A DNA stretch of 63,962 nt, filler included, from Reticulomyxa filosa (lineage: Eukaryota; Protista; Foraminifera): NCBI GenBank assembly GCA_000512085.1. It is 13 parts of 13 records of this genome, joined end to end, with 100 filler letters (N's around TTAATTAATTAA, not from the genome) between each part and the next. Parts side by side here need not be neighbours in the genome. Positions count along the whole stretch, not along the records: positions 1 to 21,790 come from ASPP01004759.1; positions 21,891 to 28,415 come from ASPP01025256.1; 11 more parts are not named here. One strand, written 5' to 3'. The position numbers and the translations under genes are program-made. Shown here piece by piece: positions 11,671-24,619 of the stretch; within the stretch, counting starts at the first letter, position 1, and every line of letters starts with the position of its first letter. Under the pieces are notes generated by a model. It ran no database searches. It saw only the letters and a program-made list of their open reading frames with translations, and had not been told where the DNA came from.

Positions 11671-13396
11671 TTTTTGAAAATTTTCGAGAAAAAGTTGACA
11701 ATCGTGACTGTGTCATAACCATGAAATTTGCTAACTTTTTTTAAAGCATTTTCAGAAAGTGTTCAATAAGTACATATTTTTTTAAAAAAATTAGCCTTTT
11801 ACTTTGCGTAGTTTTTGAAAAAAGTAATTTTTGCTATCAAAATAATTTTTTTTGCAGAATTTAATATTATTTTCAATGTTGATGATGCTGAGGTAAACTT
11901 TTTTTGCTGTATCATGATTTATCCCAATTGCTGACCAGCATCAGGATACGACATTCACATATTTATTCTTTCAAATAAAATTGCTTGTTGTATTCCAGAC
12001 AGCTTGTGAGTCATGACTAGAAACCAAAGAATAACAATAAAAACAAAACTTGTTATAATGTTGAAAAAGAAAAGTTTACTTGAAAATTATGACCGCAACT
12101 AAAGCAAGTCCAACATGAAAACTACCAACTTACAATCATTTTTGAAAATTTTTTTCTTACAACAATTTTTCTAAATTTTTGTGATTTTTTTTCTGGTTTA
12201 CTGGATATATGTTTACACTTTTATCACTTTTACATTTATCATAACACTCCAAATTAAGACTACTATATTACTAAATTTTGATGTTTTTATTATTGTATTT
12301 TCATTAAGTGGTGCTCCTTGTATCTTACAAATATGGCACCAGCAATTAATACCTTTTAAATTAATTTTGCTTTAATCATAGAAAAGTACTTTTTCCAATA
12401 ATCGAATATCAATTACTTGTACTTTTTTGCAATCTTTTAGTCATTCTTAAAAAAATCAAAATTGTTAAAAAATCTCAAATAGCGAACTATACTGAACTAA
12501 AAAAAATAAAGTGCAAAATATTGAAATAATTATTAAAGATTTAATAAAAATCAAAATGATATTTAAAGACTACACAATTCGTATATTTTTAAAAAATTAT
12601 GTCTGGATGTTGTTTTTTCATGAAGAAAATCAATCATCTCTATAAGGTGTCAACTTTCTTTTGCATTATACTGTAGTATCAAACTCTGACTTATCCATAT
12701 TTGATTGTTTCTCTACATTACATAATTTATCTATTTCAAATATATTTAAAATTGTATATGTCTGCAATACTTTAACTGGCGAAAAAGCAAAGTTTTCTTG
12801 ATTGTGTATAGTTTTTGAAAATATATCCTGGTTCAACATGTGTAAACATAAAAATGTTTGCTTCATTTTCTTGATGACTATTACAAAGTGATTTCAACAT
12901 CCTCATTAAATTTATTCCTTTCATAGTAAACAGTTTGAAATTATTAAAATCTTCTAATTCTTTTTACGTAAGTACTAATTTGTGCTAGATTAGGAAATCC
13001 TACGAGTTAATTGTACTTTAAAGTTTACTTTTGTTCTATTTTCTCTTGTTAAGTTTATTTTTATTTGGCAAAACAGCAACAATTATGACTGTGCACGCGT
13101 AACAACTTTTACTTTTGTATCTGTAAGAGAGCTTTTACAAACTTCTTTCATGTTTCTCAATTTCTTATAGATAGTATTTGATTGGCGATAATAGTTTGCA
13201 AAATTGGTTATAGTTTTTTTTGCCTGTCATAGGCTTACATATTTGCGATATAATACAACGGTTGATTTACATTGCCCAAACTGTCATTGACTGTCTACAT
13301 ATGCAAAAACTGAGCTAAAAACTGAGTTACATATGAACACCAGCCGTGAGTGTTTATTTTTTTCATGGCATTTAAAAGTGACAAATTGTATTATCA

Positions 13397-14457
13397 TCAA
13401 ACATAACCATAAAATGCAATTTGTCCCAATTGAATACCAGAAAACGAGTGCTGTCCCCAATACTCGTCAATGGCAATCAACACAGATTTCACCAAAGGTG
13501 GATCGGGGTGCGTAACCTCAAATCGAAATGATTGCCATCTTTCAACAAATTCGTGTTTTCCCCTCGAGTCAAGTAATACTGCATTCACTTCATTGCTGTT
13601 CTCCCAAAATTTTTGGTACTCACTTTTCGGCAGCCCAAAAACTCGCCAAGCTCTTGGGTCTCTTTCTTTGCAATCATTTGCTGCTTTTAACATATAAGAA
13701 GATATTCGAACTGGAAATTCAAAATCGAATAATATGTGTCCACTTTTTTTTTTTTATTTTCCTTTAATTTTTTTTTTTGTCCTTTTTTTTTTTTAAACAA
13801 ATTTATGCTATTAACGTGCTGGCGTAAAAATACCATTTATTCCATGCCTCTTCACCGTCAAATAGCACATTGCATGCAAATTCTCTGCCTTGCAAACAGT
13901 TTTTACAACAACAGCAAAAAACAATGAGGTTGTAAACGGAATTTCGACATTAAAAAAATAGCAATAAAGACTGATGCATTTGGCACACCTGTGCCTCCGC
14001 CTTGTATGTCGGATGAAACAGCAACGCTTTCCACCAATGAACGCAACGGTAGAAAGATATGACCATTTTCAAGAGGATTCGTAGAAGTCTGTTTCGACAA
14101 ATTGACCACGTCGTAACAGAAAGATATGATCATAAACACAATATCAGAAATCAATTCGGGAGCAACTTTGGAAATACTTTGTCCTACAAGTGCACAAAAT
14201 GCAGCAGAGTTCTCGTTATTCTTTAGATGTGTTTGAAAACAATTCTCTATCTCATCGATTGACATGGTTTGACTCCGCGGATAGGTGACTGCCAGTGCAA
14301 ATGTTTTTGGATTACAAGAAGCTTGAACGATATCCCCACTTGACGATACCATCCACGATTTACTGCGGGCGTACCAGAGTAGGTTTCTGGTCATAATTGT
14401 TGTGATATTAAACGTATTTTCATCTTTTTCTTTTTTCTTTCGGCGGAACAGGCTCAT
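13397..14457 (-). CDS. Protein with C-terminal F5/8 type C / galactose-binding-like (discoidin) domain; about 3 exons
   Basis: Middle exon (~13820-13899) reads EFACNVLFDGEEAWNKW. Last exon reads LKAANDCKERDPRAWRVFG...LLDSRGKHEFVERWQSFRF...IQLGQIAFY, resembling the SANDxPxRDPxxW type of discoidin domain. Confidence 0.6.
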
Positions 14458-14893
14458 ATCTCTTTTTCTGTTTTTTTAAAATTCGGTTATTGGTCTTACC
14501 GTAGTCTTTTTTCTTCTAACGAAAACACGAGCTTTTAACGGATTAGTTGTTTAAAATACAGTTTGACTATGAGTGAAAAATCTTACTTGTTTTTACGAAT
14601 ACTTAAAAACTTGTTGTGTGGCACGCATTTAGTCAGTTTTTGAAGCAAAAAGCACGCTCAACATTTAAAAATAAATCAATAGTTGATAAAAAAGATTTCA
14701 ATTTAAACAACTTTTTGCATTTTTGAATATGACACAAAAGCGATAACTTTTAAAGAAGGTAAGAACAAACAATAAAACTCTTTGGAAAATTCACCGCATT
14801 AAACCACAAGACAAGTTTACTAAATGATAGGTTAAATAGATTGACAGCGCCATTCTAGAGTTGTACGTTGGCCAGAAAAGAATCAATTTACCT

Positions 14894-16933
14894 TTAATTT
14901 TGTGAATTGTTTATATTCAAACTGACTTTCCAAGCTGAATGAAAGAAAGAATCATCAATGCTGTTTCTCTTTAAAATTGCGTTGACAATTGGCGAATCAT
15001 ACTTTGGAGGCACTGAGTCTTGCGCTTGTTTACCTAGAGATTTTTTGTTTTGTAATTTAAGACTAACTATATTTGTTCTTGCAGTTCTTTTTTGAATTGT
15101 AAATATTTTTTTTGCCTGTATTTTTTGATTGAAAATCTCTTTTTTTTGCGTTATTTCCCTCTTCACACAAATTTCCCTGGGAGTCTTCCATTTGGCAAGC
15201 ACCAGAATCTTTATTGCTTTCTGGTGTCATTTTCCTTCGCGTCCATGACCTTCCAAGCTTTATTTTGTTTAGCTTATTTTTTAACTTATTTAATGCTTCT
15301 CTATTTCTCTCTTTCTTTGGAGAAAGACTCGAAGCTTTTGAAATCGTATAGTCTTTAGTAGTGGTCTCAATTTTAGTTTTAATACCCTGAATCTGATGAG
15401 TATTGTTGTTAAGAGCCTCTTGACCATTAGTAACTGGCACTGTATGGTCCGATGGTCGTTTATTCTGGCAACAAGCTTTGTTAAGCTCCAGTTCGAGTGT
15501 AGGGTCAGCTTCACTAAAACTGATATCCCCTTTCTGAGCTAATCCGTTGTCATCGGAATTGTCAGTTACATTTGGTGGAGGTTGTTGAGTAGTTTCATTA
15601 TGACCACCTAATATTTGCTCAAGGCCCAAAGTATTTGCATGGGTTGGGCTCTCCACTACGTTTCCTTGTTTCTGTGTTTTCAAAAAAAATTATTGTAAAT
15701 ATTTTAACTTCCAATCTTGTTTTGTCAAAGTAAGAACAATGATGCATAAAAAAAAGCTGATTTAACATCACTGTCATTGCAATCACTTTTAATTTTATTA
15801 TTTGCGTTTACTTCATTGTTGTGACTGTTTCGCGAAGTTTTGGCAATGTTGTTCTTTAATGCTTCAGATATTGCTTCTTCACTTGGCCTGTTGCAGCCAA
15901 TTTTTTTCCATATACCAGTCTCTTCCATGGTTGTCCATGGATGTGTTCGAATTTCTGATATGTTAATTCTTTTTGCAGGATCTAAAGTCAGCATTCGTTT
16001 GATCAATAACTTTGCTTCGTCTGATATATAGTCTGGCAGTGTGTATTGTGCCTCAAGGATCTTTTTGTACAAATGATTTAAATTATCCGACTCAAATGGA
16101 AGAAAACCACATATCATTACATATAAAATAACACCCAAGCTCCATATATCACATGCTGGAGTTTGTTCTTCCTCACGGCGAATCTTTTTGATATGAAAAT
16201 TGAAAAAGCAACACAAAACAAAAAAGTGTAACAAACAACAAAAACAGTTGTAAAAGTGTGTCTGAAAACGTACCACTTCAGGAGCGATATAAGATGGAGT
16301 GCCACATGAGGTACTAATTTTTTCGCCAAAGTGCACAGTATTAGAGAGCCCAAAGTCAGCAATTTTGATGTTTTCCTTGGAGTCCAACAAAATGTTTTCA
16401 ACTTTCAAATCTCGGTGAATAACTTTGCGTCGATGACAATATTCAAGACCGGCAACAATGCTGTGCATTATTATCACAGCCTCCAACTCAGTGAGGACAT
16501 TGTTTGGTTTTTTCCGAATGTAATCTAATAGCTCCCCTCCTTTTGCGTACTCCATAATAATCATCACCCATTCACTACTATCAACTACTTGATAGAGTTG
16601 AATAATATTTGGATGCTTTAGACTTGTCAAAATTGCTGATTCGCGGTATATTCTTTCGACATCGTCTAATCCGTTCATTAACTTTTTACTGAAATTTTAC
16701 TGCATACTGAGTAATGTTTATCACAAACGTGATTGCTTTTGTATAAGGCATAAGACTAGCAAAGAAAAGGATAACAAAAAATTTGAATTTTCAACTTGTG
16801 TTTTGGTTGCATCCCCAATTTTTATGCATAATTTTACTTTACCAAAGGCTCCTTGTCCCAATGTGCCTCCAACTCTGTAGTCTCCAATGATTTCGCCTTC
16901 GTGTGGCATGAGAGATAATCTTCTCTTTGACAT
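14894..16933 (-). CDS. SNF1/AMPK/MARK-related (CAMK group) Ser/Thr protein kinase, multi-exon
   Basis: GQGAFGKV, HPNIIQLY, IHRDLKVENILLD, KIADFGLS, SCGTPSYIAPE, DIWSLGVILY, RML..DPAKRI. The low-complexity C-tail has an apparent homopolymer frameshift near 15100, so the 3' end is uncertain. Confidence 0.9.
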
Positions 16934-17522
16934 GGATTATTCCTTATTTGTTTTTGCTAAAATTATTAAAAAAAAGCATCACTATTAAAAAAGTTGTTAT
17001 GATGATGAGACGATTTCAGCTCATAGCTATTTTTTCATGTTCCACTCCAAAAATTCCTTTTCATTTTCCTTCAAAATTTGCAAAGAACACAGCCAATAAT
17101 TCTTTAAGTTGGTTCACTCAATCAAAAGAAAAAACTCATTTTTCTCAATATTTTTTTACAGTGACTGCAAGCACTTTGCAAAAATAGAGGCAGAACTAAA
17201 GAATCTTGACAAAACCGCTCAATGAATATTTTGATTGTATTGTTTATACTCAAAAAAGTATTATAATTCAAAGGATGTGAATTTATTCTTAAACCAAGTT
17301 TTTGCGAATGTTTTGTAATGATTAATTGTATGTAAAGTTCTAGATTTCAAATGTAAAAAATTGGAGCATATTAAAAAATGCGACTAAAAATTCCCAACGA
17401 ACCTTTTGAATGTTTACAGTAAAAAAAAAAAACAATAAGGCATCCAACGTAAAATAATAAAAAAAAAAACGACGTCTGTCGATTTAATTTTTTATTTTTT
17501 ATTTTTTGCTTGAACGAAGACC

Positions 17523-19473
17523 TTAAACAAAAGATCCAGGCGAAGTGGCAGTCAATGGTAACGGAACGTCTTTTTGAGAATCTTGGTCGTATAGTTCTCC
17601 CATTTTCTCTTCTTCATCAAAGTCATTGCTCTGTCTTTCCGGATGAAAAGCGGTTTGAGGCATTAGATTCTGACTATCTTTGATAGAGTGATTTGGCAAT
17701 ACAATATCGCTTGCCGGTATCCACATAGTAGGCTGCAAAGACATTCCATAAGAGTGTTGCGAATGAGTATGAAATGGCCATTTGTAGTGATAGATAGTGA
17801 AGTATAAATGACTGCAACCACGGTTGGGTAAATTTTTGTCTTCATTGGCTTGCAAAAAATCAGCATAGCGATCGACCAACCATTCCCAGATCAGTTTCAA
17901 CACGGAAATGAATTGGCACATGCTAGCATTACTATTGACCAAATTGATATGATAAGTATCACTCGAGGCGATACTGGAGCTATAATAACCTTCGTAATTT
18001 GTCCATAGCAAATTTCCGGCATTAATGCGCATGCCATTGTTGCCATTTTTCATGTTAAAATTCTGGCAATACCAAGAGCAGCAACATCCGCACAAGCAGC
18101 ACAAGCTGAATTTGTACATGAACAGCCATTTGTTCGGAATATTCATATAATTGTGTGGAAACAGATACTCTTGAATCGGCAATTTCAGTAAAATGGAATC
18201 ATCATTGAACTTTAAGAAATAATTTCGAAACAGCAATGGCTGTACGAACCACAGCACAACTATATCTAATATCACTCCTGTTATGATAACATATGTATTC
18301 TTATTATTATTATTAAAAATATGACTTGTTTTTTTTTTTTTTTTGGAACAACAAACAGGATATGGTATGACCTGCCACAATATCGTGGATAAACTCTTGC
18401 TTGTCATGATATCTGGCCCAAGCCACAAAGACGGCCCACGCCAACAAAACGAAGAGAATGAATTGCATTAAGACAATGGAAAGGACTTGTTTATTTTTAT
18501 TTTGAATCGACAATTGCCTTAATTGGCTGTGCCATTGTTTCATCTCTTCGGTCACTCCCGCGCCCATGGCAACTATGGACGGTAGCTCTTCCTCGTACCA
18601 GTGTTGCATGAGGATGTCCATCACGTACAAAAACAAAAAAAACGGAAGGAACGCCATCGCACTTTGGCCACACGGAAAGCTATTGATTCGATTCACTACG
18701 TTGTTATTATGGCCAAAGTTGGGCTTTTTTTCGCATGAAAACGCCTGGATGATCACAAGGCTAGTATACACAATCAATCCTGTCAACACAAACAACTCGA
18801 TGTCAAACAGTATTTTATACAAACGAATGTATCTCGGTACAGCTGCGTGAGTGAATGCATATTCCAATATAATCACCATGCAGAGCACAACGAACCACAC
18901 TACGTATACTAACGACACTGGAATCGTCCGTGGCTGAATGCTGTGATCAGTTCGTAAAAACTGTTTCAACGAAGATGGACTTAATGCGTCCAAATAAAAA
19001 AAAGAAAATGGCTCATTTGGATCACTTGTTCGATGATATTGAATATACACGCCAATGGCGGTGAGCAATAAACAGACGCAAATTATCACAAGGTCGATGT
19101 AAATAAATATCACTTTTTTACGTTTTGGGATTGCCATTGTGGTCCCACTGCCCGTCGGTATTGATGATATCGCCATTGGAGGGTTCGCTGATATTGGAAT
19201 TGATACTGTTCCACTGCTATTGGCCACCTGATGGGCTGACAAGGCCACAAACGCTGTTTGGCTTGGGAGGGATGTTACCACACTCCCATCCGTTGGTTGG
19301 TAGATATGGTAGCTGTTTCCTGTTGAACTGTGAACTGTTTTTGCGGTTGATGTTATTGGCATATACGTCGCCGGGAGGGGCTGTAATTGCACACTAGAAC
19401 CAAAGGTGGGTTGTTGTGGTTGATGGAACTGTTGTGAAGACGTCATTCCGGTATTTTGGCGTCTTTTTTGCAT
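17523..19473 (-). CDS. PAP2/lipid phosphate phosphatase-fold multi-pass membrane protein with degenerate catalytic motifs
   Basis: About 6 hydrophobic helices. C1/C2/C3-like segments IIQAFSCEKKPNF, SFPCGQSA and WARYHDKQEFIHDIVAG appear in the expected order. One intron near 18280-18360. Confidence 0.65.
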
Positions 19474-20069
19474 CTTATTCTATTCTTATTCGTTATTAAC
19501 CTTTTTTTTTTTATCTCCAGAAAAAAGCTTAACTAAAAGAATCTAGATTAATATATTGTTAGTTTGTCTTTTCCTCCCCTGGACATGATATTTGTACCCA
19601 GCATGTTTCATATCCTGATTGTTGAAATTTTTCTAGTCTAGATATGAAAATTTTTTGTATTGAGTGCAAGTCTCTTCTGCATAATATTCATGTCCTCCCT
19701 GTTTCGCTCCAGTAGTGACAGTATGTATGTTGGAAGTGATAATCGTTGTTTTTCCTTCCTGATCGGAAACATTCTTGTAAAATGCATACATGTGGTTGAA
19801 CTTCGTATAAATTTTGTTCAAGTAATTGTAATTTGGATATGTTTGATTTAGGTGGAAAAAAAGTTTACTTAATTGGAATATCTGTGTTTACCGCTTAACA
19901 ATTGTACATGTATTTACATGTCCAAAACATAAAAACATTTGCCTATCGAGAATTTTCAATACAACAAAATTGTCTTATTTTACTTTTTTTTTGTACTTCG
20001 TCATTTTTCCAAAAACGATGCAAAAAAAACCTCTCGTATCACCACCTCACATTATTGAAAAGCATTAGA

Positions 20070-21790
20070 TCAACCCAATAAATTTTGTGTGTATGTATTA
20101 TCAGGTGCATGGACGTCTTTGCTATTCTCTTCTACACTAGCAACCTGCTCATTTTTGTCTGTATCTGCTGTGACTGTTGCTTGCATAAGTCGTTCCACAA
20201 CAGATTCATGATTTTCGAGAGCAGGAACGGCCTGCAAATCTGATTGTTCTGCTTTGTTTTCTACCCGTTCCACTTTGTGTTCTACCACTTCCACTTTGTT
20301 TTCTATCAGTTCAACTTCCTTTTGTGAACTTGGAGCATTATCATTGGAAGTGGGCAAAACATGCCCCGAGCTATTGCCTCGATGCAAACGATACGTGCGA
20401 CGAAAGGAGGTCTTTTGGTGCGTGCCATCCATCATTTTTTGAGTGCTCCTTCGTTCTTCCGAGATGACATTGCTTGGAGCGACTTGAACGTCGCTGGCGG
20501 ATGATTTCTCATCGATATGCGGACTATGTTTGGGGCTGTGATGACTACTCGAATGGGGTATTTGTAATGTGGAGCCACGAGACCGGAAGGAGTCATCGAC
20601 TTTTGCAGGGGCGGGATACTGCAAAACGACAGCTTCATGGAACATTTCCGTGCTAACGGAATTGAGTTCTAAAAACTCTTCATCGGTGATCATGATTCGA
20701 CGCATGTATTCCATAAATCGCTGTTGATAGAACACCGGTTCAACACAGCTAATGCCATCTGAAGGATTACGTAGCACCCAACATTTGAAATAATGTTCCA
20801 TTTTTTTGCTAATGTTCCATTTTTGCAAAATGTCAATAATTCCAATGTAATAAATGCCAGGCCCTTCAATCACCTGCGCCCGAACACCACCGTGGAAATC
20901 ATTCAACAGATTTTCTGTTTCTTTCGCGTTTGTACTGTTTTTCGAAGGCTCGGTAGTCCTTGCACGGTGCACAAATCCTCGCGAGTTTCGCGGAGGATTG
21001 TGCGCAATTTGCATATAGTAAATGCCCAACAGCAAAGAGTAATCCATAATCCCAGTATCCCGCAAAAACAATGAATCTTTTTCCAATTGTTCCAAAATCT
21101 TTTCCTTGCTTTCTTTTGATAAAACAATGTAGCGATTTAAGTCCATGTCTTTCATTACTTTCTGTTTCGATAACAATATACATAAATAGTTATTGTATTT
21201 CGTTCACTCGAAATAAGTGTGTATGATATACATACATATATGTATATATGTTAAAAAAAAAAAAAAAAAAGAAACTCCAGAGTTGATGCCAGCGTGGGTG
21301 TATCTTGCAATCCAACTGCCTTTCAAATCGTAAGTTTCGTGTGGCTTCAAATCCGCCAAGAAAATGTTTTCCATCACGACAAAATATAACGTCAGATTAT
21401 ACATTCGACAAGAATGCAAGCCCACAAACAGATTTAATGCAGAATCGGGGTTGTCATGTAAAAATTCGACATACTTTTTCAATATCGATACAAAAAATTC
21501 ACATTCTGATTTTGATATCGTTTTCACCAAAAAGCGGCTGTCATGAGTAAAGTAGAAAAATGCTCCCGACCGACCTATATATTTTCCGTTTCATAGCACG
21601 CTCTTTTTTTTATATTCACAAAGAAGAATATATGAAGAAAGTTCATGATTCTTCTTTTGTTTCTTTATGGCTCACCTTCTCCAAATTTGGCATCCAATAC
21701 ATCTTTCTGTTGTGCAGCACTTGATGGAATGATTGATTCCATGTAATCTTTTTCATCAAATCCAGCAATCTACGCCGGAGAAATCGAAAT
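20070..21790 (-). CDS. Phosphatidylinositol-phosphate kinase (PIP5K family), 5'-truncated at contig end
   Basis: GEGRSGAFFYFTHDSRFLVKTI, YDLKGS, MKDMDL, IMDYSLLLGI and YYIGIIDILQKW across several exons. Confidence 0.9.
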
Positions 21791-21890
21791 NNNNNNNNNN
21801 NNNNNNNNNNNNNNNNNNNNNNNNNNNNNNNNNNTTAATTAATTAANNNNNNNNNNNNNNNNNNNNNNNNNNNNNNNNNNNNNNNNNNNN
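21791..21890. other. Artificial contig spacer (44N-TTAATTAATTAA-44N)
   Basis: The identical 100-nt spacer recurs at 28416-28515, 31720-31819, 35422-35521, 38589-38688, 41926-42025, 51401-51500, 54186-54285, 58535-58634, 59768-59867, 61692-61791 and 62792-62891. The core has stop codons in all six frames. Confidence 0.98.
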
Positions 21891-21924
21891 AAAAATAAAA
21901 ATAATATTTATATTTATATTTTGT

Positions 21925-22455
21925 TTAACTTGTATTTTCAAAAAAAAAATAAATGGATTGTGGTAATGCTTTTGGCGAAATAAAAATATGAGTTGAAATG
22001 TTTTGATGAATTAAATCACGACACCAATGAATAGTATCTTCGGAAATTTGATTTGCCAATTCTTTGTGAATAATATTTTGAATAAATTGTTCAGCTTTGA
22101 ATTGAATTTCAAATAATTTAGTTTCCAAAGTTAAATCAATGACAAAAGTTCGACATAATAAAGTAAGAAGAATATGTCTGACATGAGGAACATGATGAGT
22201 AGTAGATTGAATGACTGATAATTGATGTTTCATCCAATCTTTAAGAGTTATTTCATTATTATTATTATTATTGTTATTATTATTATATTTATATTCTTGA
22301 ATAAATGCAGTTAAATCTTTTATTGATTTGGCAGGTGCTAATTGATTTGGTAATTGTAAACATTGTCCATGAATATCATCACAAATATTTTTTATTTGAA
22401 AAATATCATTCCATTTTTCATTCCATAATTCAATATTATTTATATCATCAAAAAA

Positions 22456-22486
<31 letters not shown>

Positions 22487-23103
22487 TCTTGTTTTTCTTC
22501 TTTTTCTCTTTCTCTTTGTTTAATAAATAATTGTTGTATTTCTTGATTTGTATTTTGAATATTTTGATGAATTGAATTAAAAATTTGATCATAAAGTTTT
22601 TCATTATTTTGTTGCATTTGAGTTGTTGCTTGATGAAAATAATTAATTGATTGTGCAAATTCGGTAATCATTTTTTCAACACCTTTATCAACACCTTGCA
22701 ATTTTTGTTGCATTTGTAATATATTATTTTCCATTTGTTGTTTATCTTCTTCTTTTTCTGCTTCTTCTTTATTTTTTATTTTCACTTTTGTTTTTATTTC
22801 TTGTACTTTTTCTTTCATTCTTATTTCATTTTCTTTTTTTTGAGTTATTTGTATTTGTATTTTATTTATATCACTCATTAAATTTTTTATTCGTAGTTCT
22901 TTTGTTTCCAATCGCTTTTCAAGCATTTCCAAACGATTTGACAATATATCATGTGCTATTGTTTTTGACATCAACTCTTGTTCTAATTTACGTACTTCAC
23001 GTTGTAATTCTAATTCTTGTTCATGCTCTTGACTTAATCCTAAATCCACTTCTGAAGGAGGAGCATCATGTTCCAAGCTTAGGTCACTTAATGAAGAAGT
23101 CAT
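21925..23103 (-). CDS. Coiled-coil protein with poly-Asn tracts, 3'-truncated
   Basis: 392-aa ORF with heptad-rich E/K/Q sequence and N8-N10 runs; appears to run into an intron at the contig end. Confidence 0.65.
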
Positions 23104-23337
23104 CTCTAATGTTTAGTTTGATTATGTAGATAGTTTGAAAAAACACTTTATTGTTACTTCAAATTTTACTCATACTAACATAAATTTAAACTTTTTAACA
23201 GATTATATTTTCCTTGTTGATATCTTTTAGAGCCAAATTAAAGGAATATTGCAAAAGACATGTTTTCTTTTCAGTAATTGGTGATTTGACACAAAAGAAC
23301 ATCGTGGGGAATTTTCTTGTTTAACAAAAATCATTTA

Positions 23338-24619
23338 ATGATGTGGTTGATTCTAATCGTAATATTGATATTTTTTAGTGTGCCATTTTTACTATTTTAT
23401 ACAAAATTTGGTCTCTTACCAGTTGTCAAAAAGCGGGGAAAAGCATTACCAATAATAGTGCCTCGTGTAGATGGGTTTAAAGTTGAGACGACATGGATAG
23501 GGAATCAAATTTGTGGTGACTTGTACATTCCAACGAGAATGGATAATACACCAAGCAAAGGGTATCCTTTAGTGATAATGGCTCAAGGATTGAATTTGAC
23601 ACGAAGAAATTTTTTGCCATTCGTTGCCGTCCAACTAATGAAAGCAATGGAATATAATATAGTGATATTGGCATTTGATTATAGGCACTTTGGAGACTCG
23701 AAAGGTAGTCCAAGACAACATATATCCCCAAAAGAGCAATTGGACGATTGGTTATATGTGATTGAATATATGCGAAATAAAGAGAGCGATCTTATTGATA
23801 AAGAAAAATTGTGTTTGTATAGTATTGGCATTGGAGCATCTTATATTTTGCACTTAAGTTAAGTTTTCAAAAGATTGTGAAAGGATAACAATAACAAATA
23901 TTTGTGATGTGATTGATATAACTTCTTTTTACAAAAAAAAAAAAAAAAAAGGTAGTGGTCAGTATATTGGCAATAAAGTTTACGAGCAACGAGAAAATAG
24001 GAAGCCTGTGTATCGCGAGGATTTATGTGCGTTTGCTTCGAAAACATTCAGTTCACGATATGGAGTCAAATGTGTCATTGCAAATATGCCTTTGATCAAT
24101 TTTCCAACTGCAAAGAGTTTCAAAGAAAATACTCGATTGGCAATCCTTGGATGGGGTGCACTTGTAGATTGGATTCTTGCAAAATTGTCTAACAATGCGA
24201 TCAATCTGTATGCTCAATGGTATGCTGATACAAATGATGGCTCCAAATTTCCTTTCCATTTTTTTGAAGAAGTCGGCTTCACTGCCAAAGACTTTGAAAC
24301 TTTGCACTCGCAAACAGAATCTGAACAAGAGTGGAAAAATGGATTCACTTTGAGAAGCTTATATGAAATTTCCTCTTACTTTCGAAATGCCAGCCAAATC
24401 AATGACTTAATTTGTGTGGAAAATATCAATATACCGGTTTTGTACTTTGTTGCCAAAGATGACAAATGCTGCCCTCCCAATACGACACTGCTAGCTAAAA
24501 CTAAGTGCCAACAAACTGTTGTCTACAATGGCTCTCACCACGCTATTTATCAAAGTGAACATTTTGATAACATGTGCTCACACATTGCAAAGTTCCTCGA
24601 ACAACATTTATTAATCTAA
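23338..24619 (+). CDS. Membrane-anchored alpha/beta-hydrolase-fold protein (S15/YcjY-like); nucleophile apparently lost; 2 exons
   Basis: N-terminal TM helix; GDLYIP, PLVIMAQG, AFDYRHFGDSKGSPRQ, QLDDW, IDKEKLCLYSIGIGA, PVLYFVAKDDKCCP, GSHHAIY. Intron ~23858-23950. Confidence 0.75.

Noticed and set aside
2586-21790. Paladin domain, PAP2-like gene and PIP5K on one contig as a phosphoinositide gene cluster
   Set aside because: Separated by unrelated genes over ~19 kb in a eukaryote, with no evidence of co-regulation. Would need conserved synteny in relatives.
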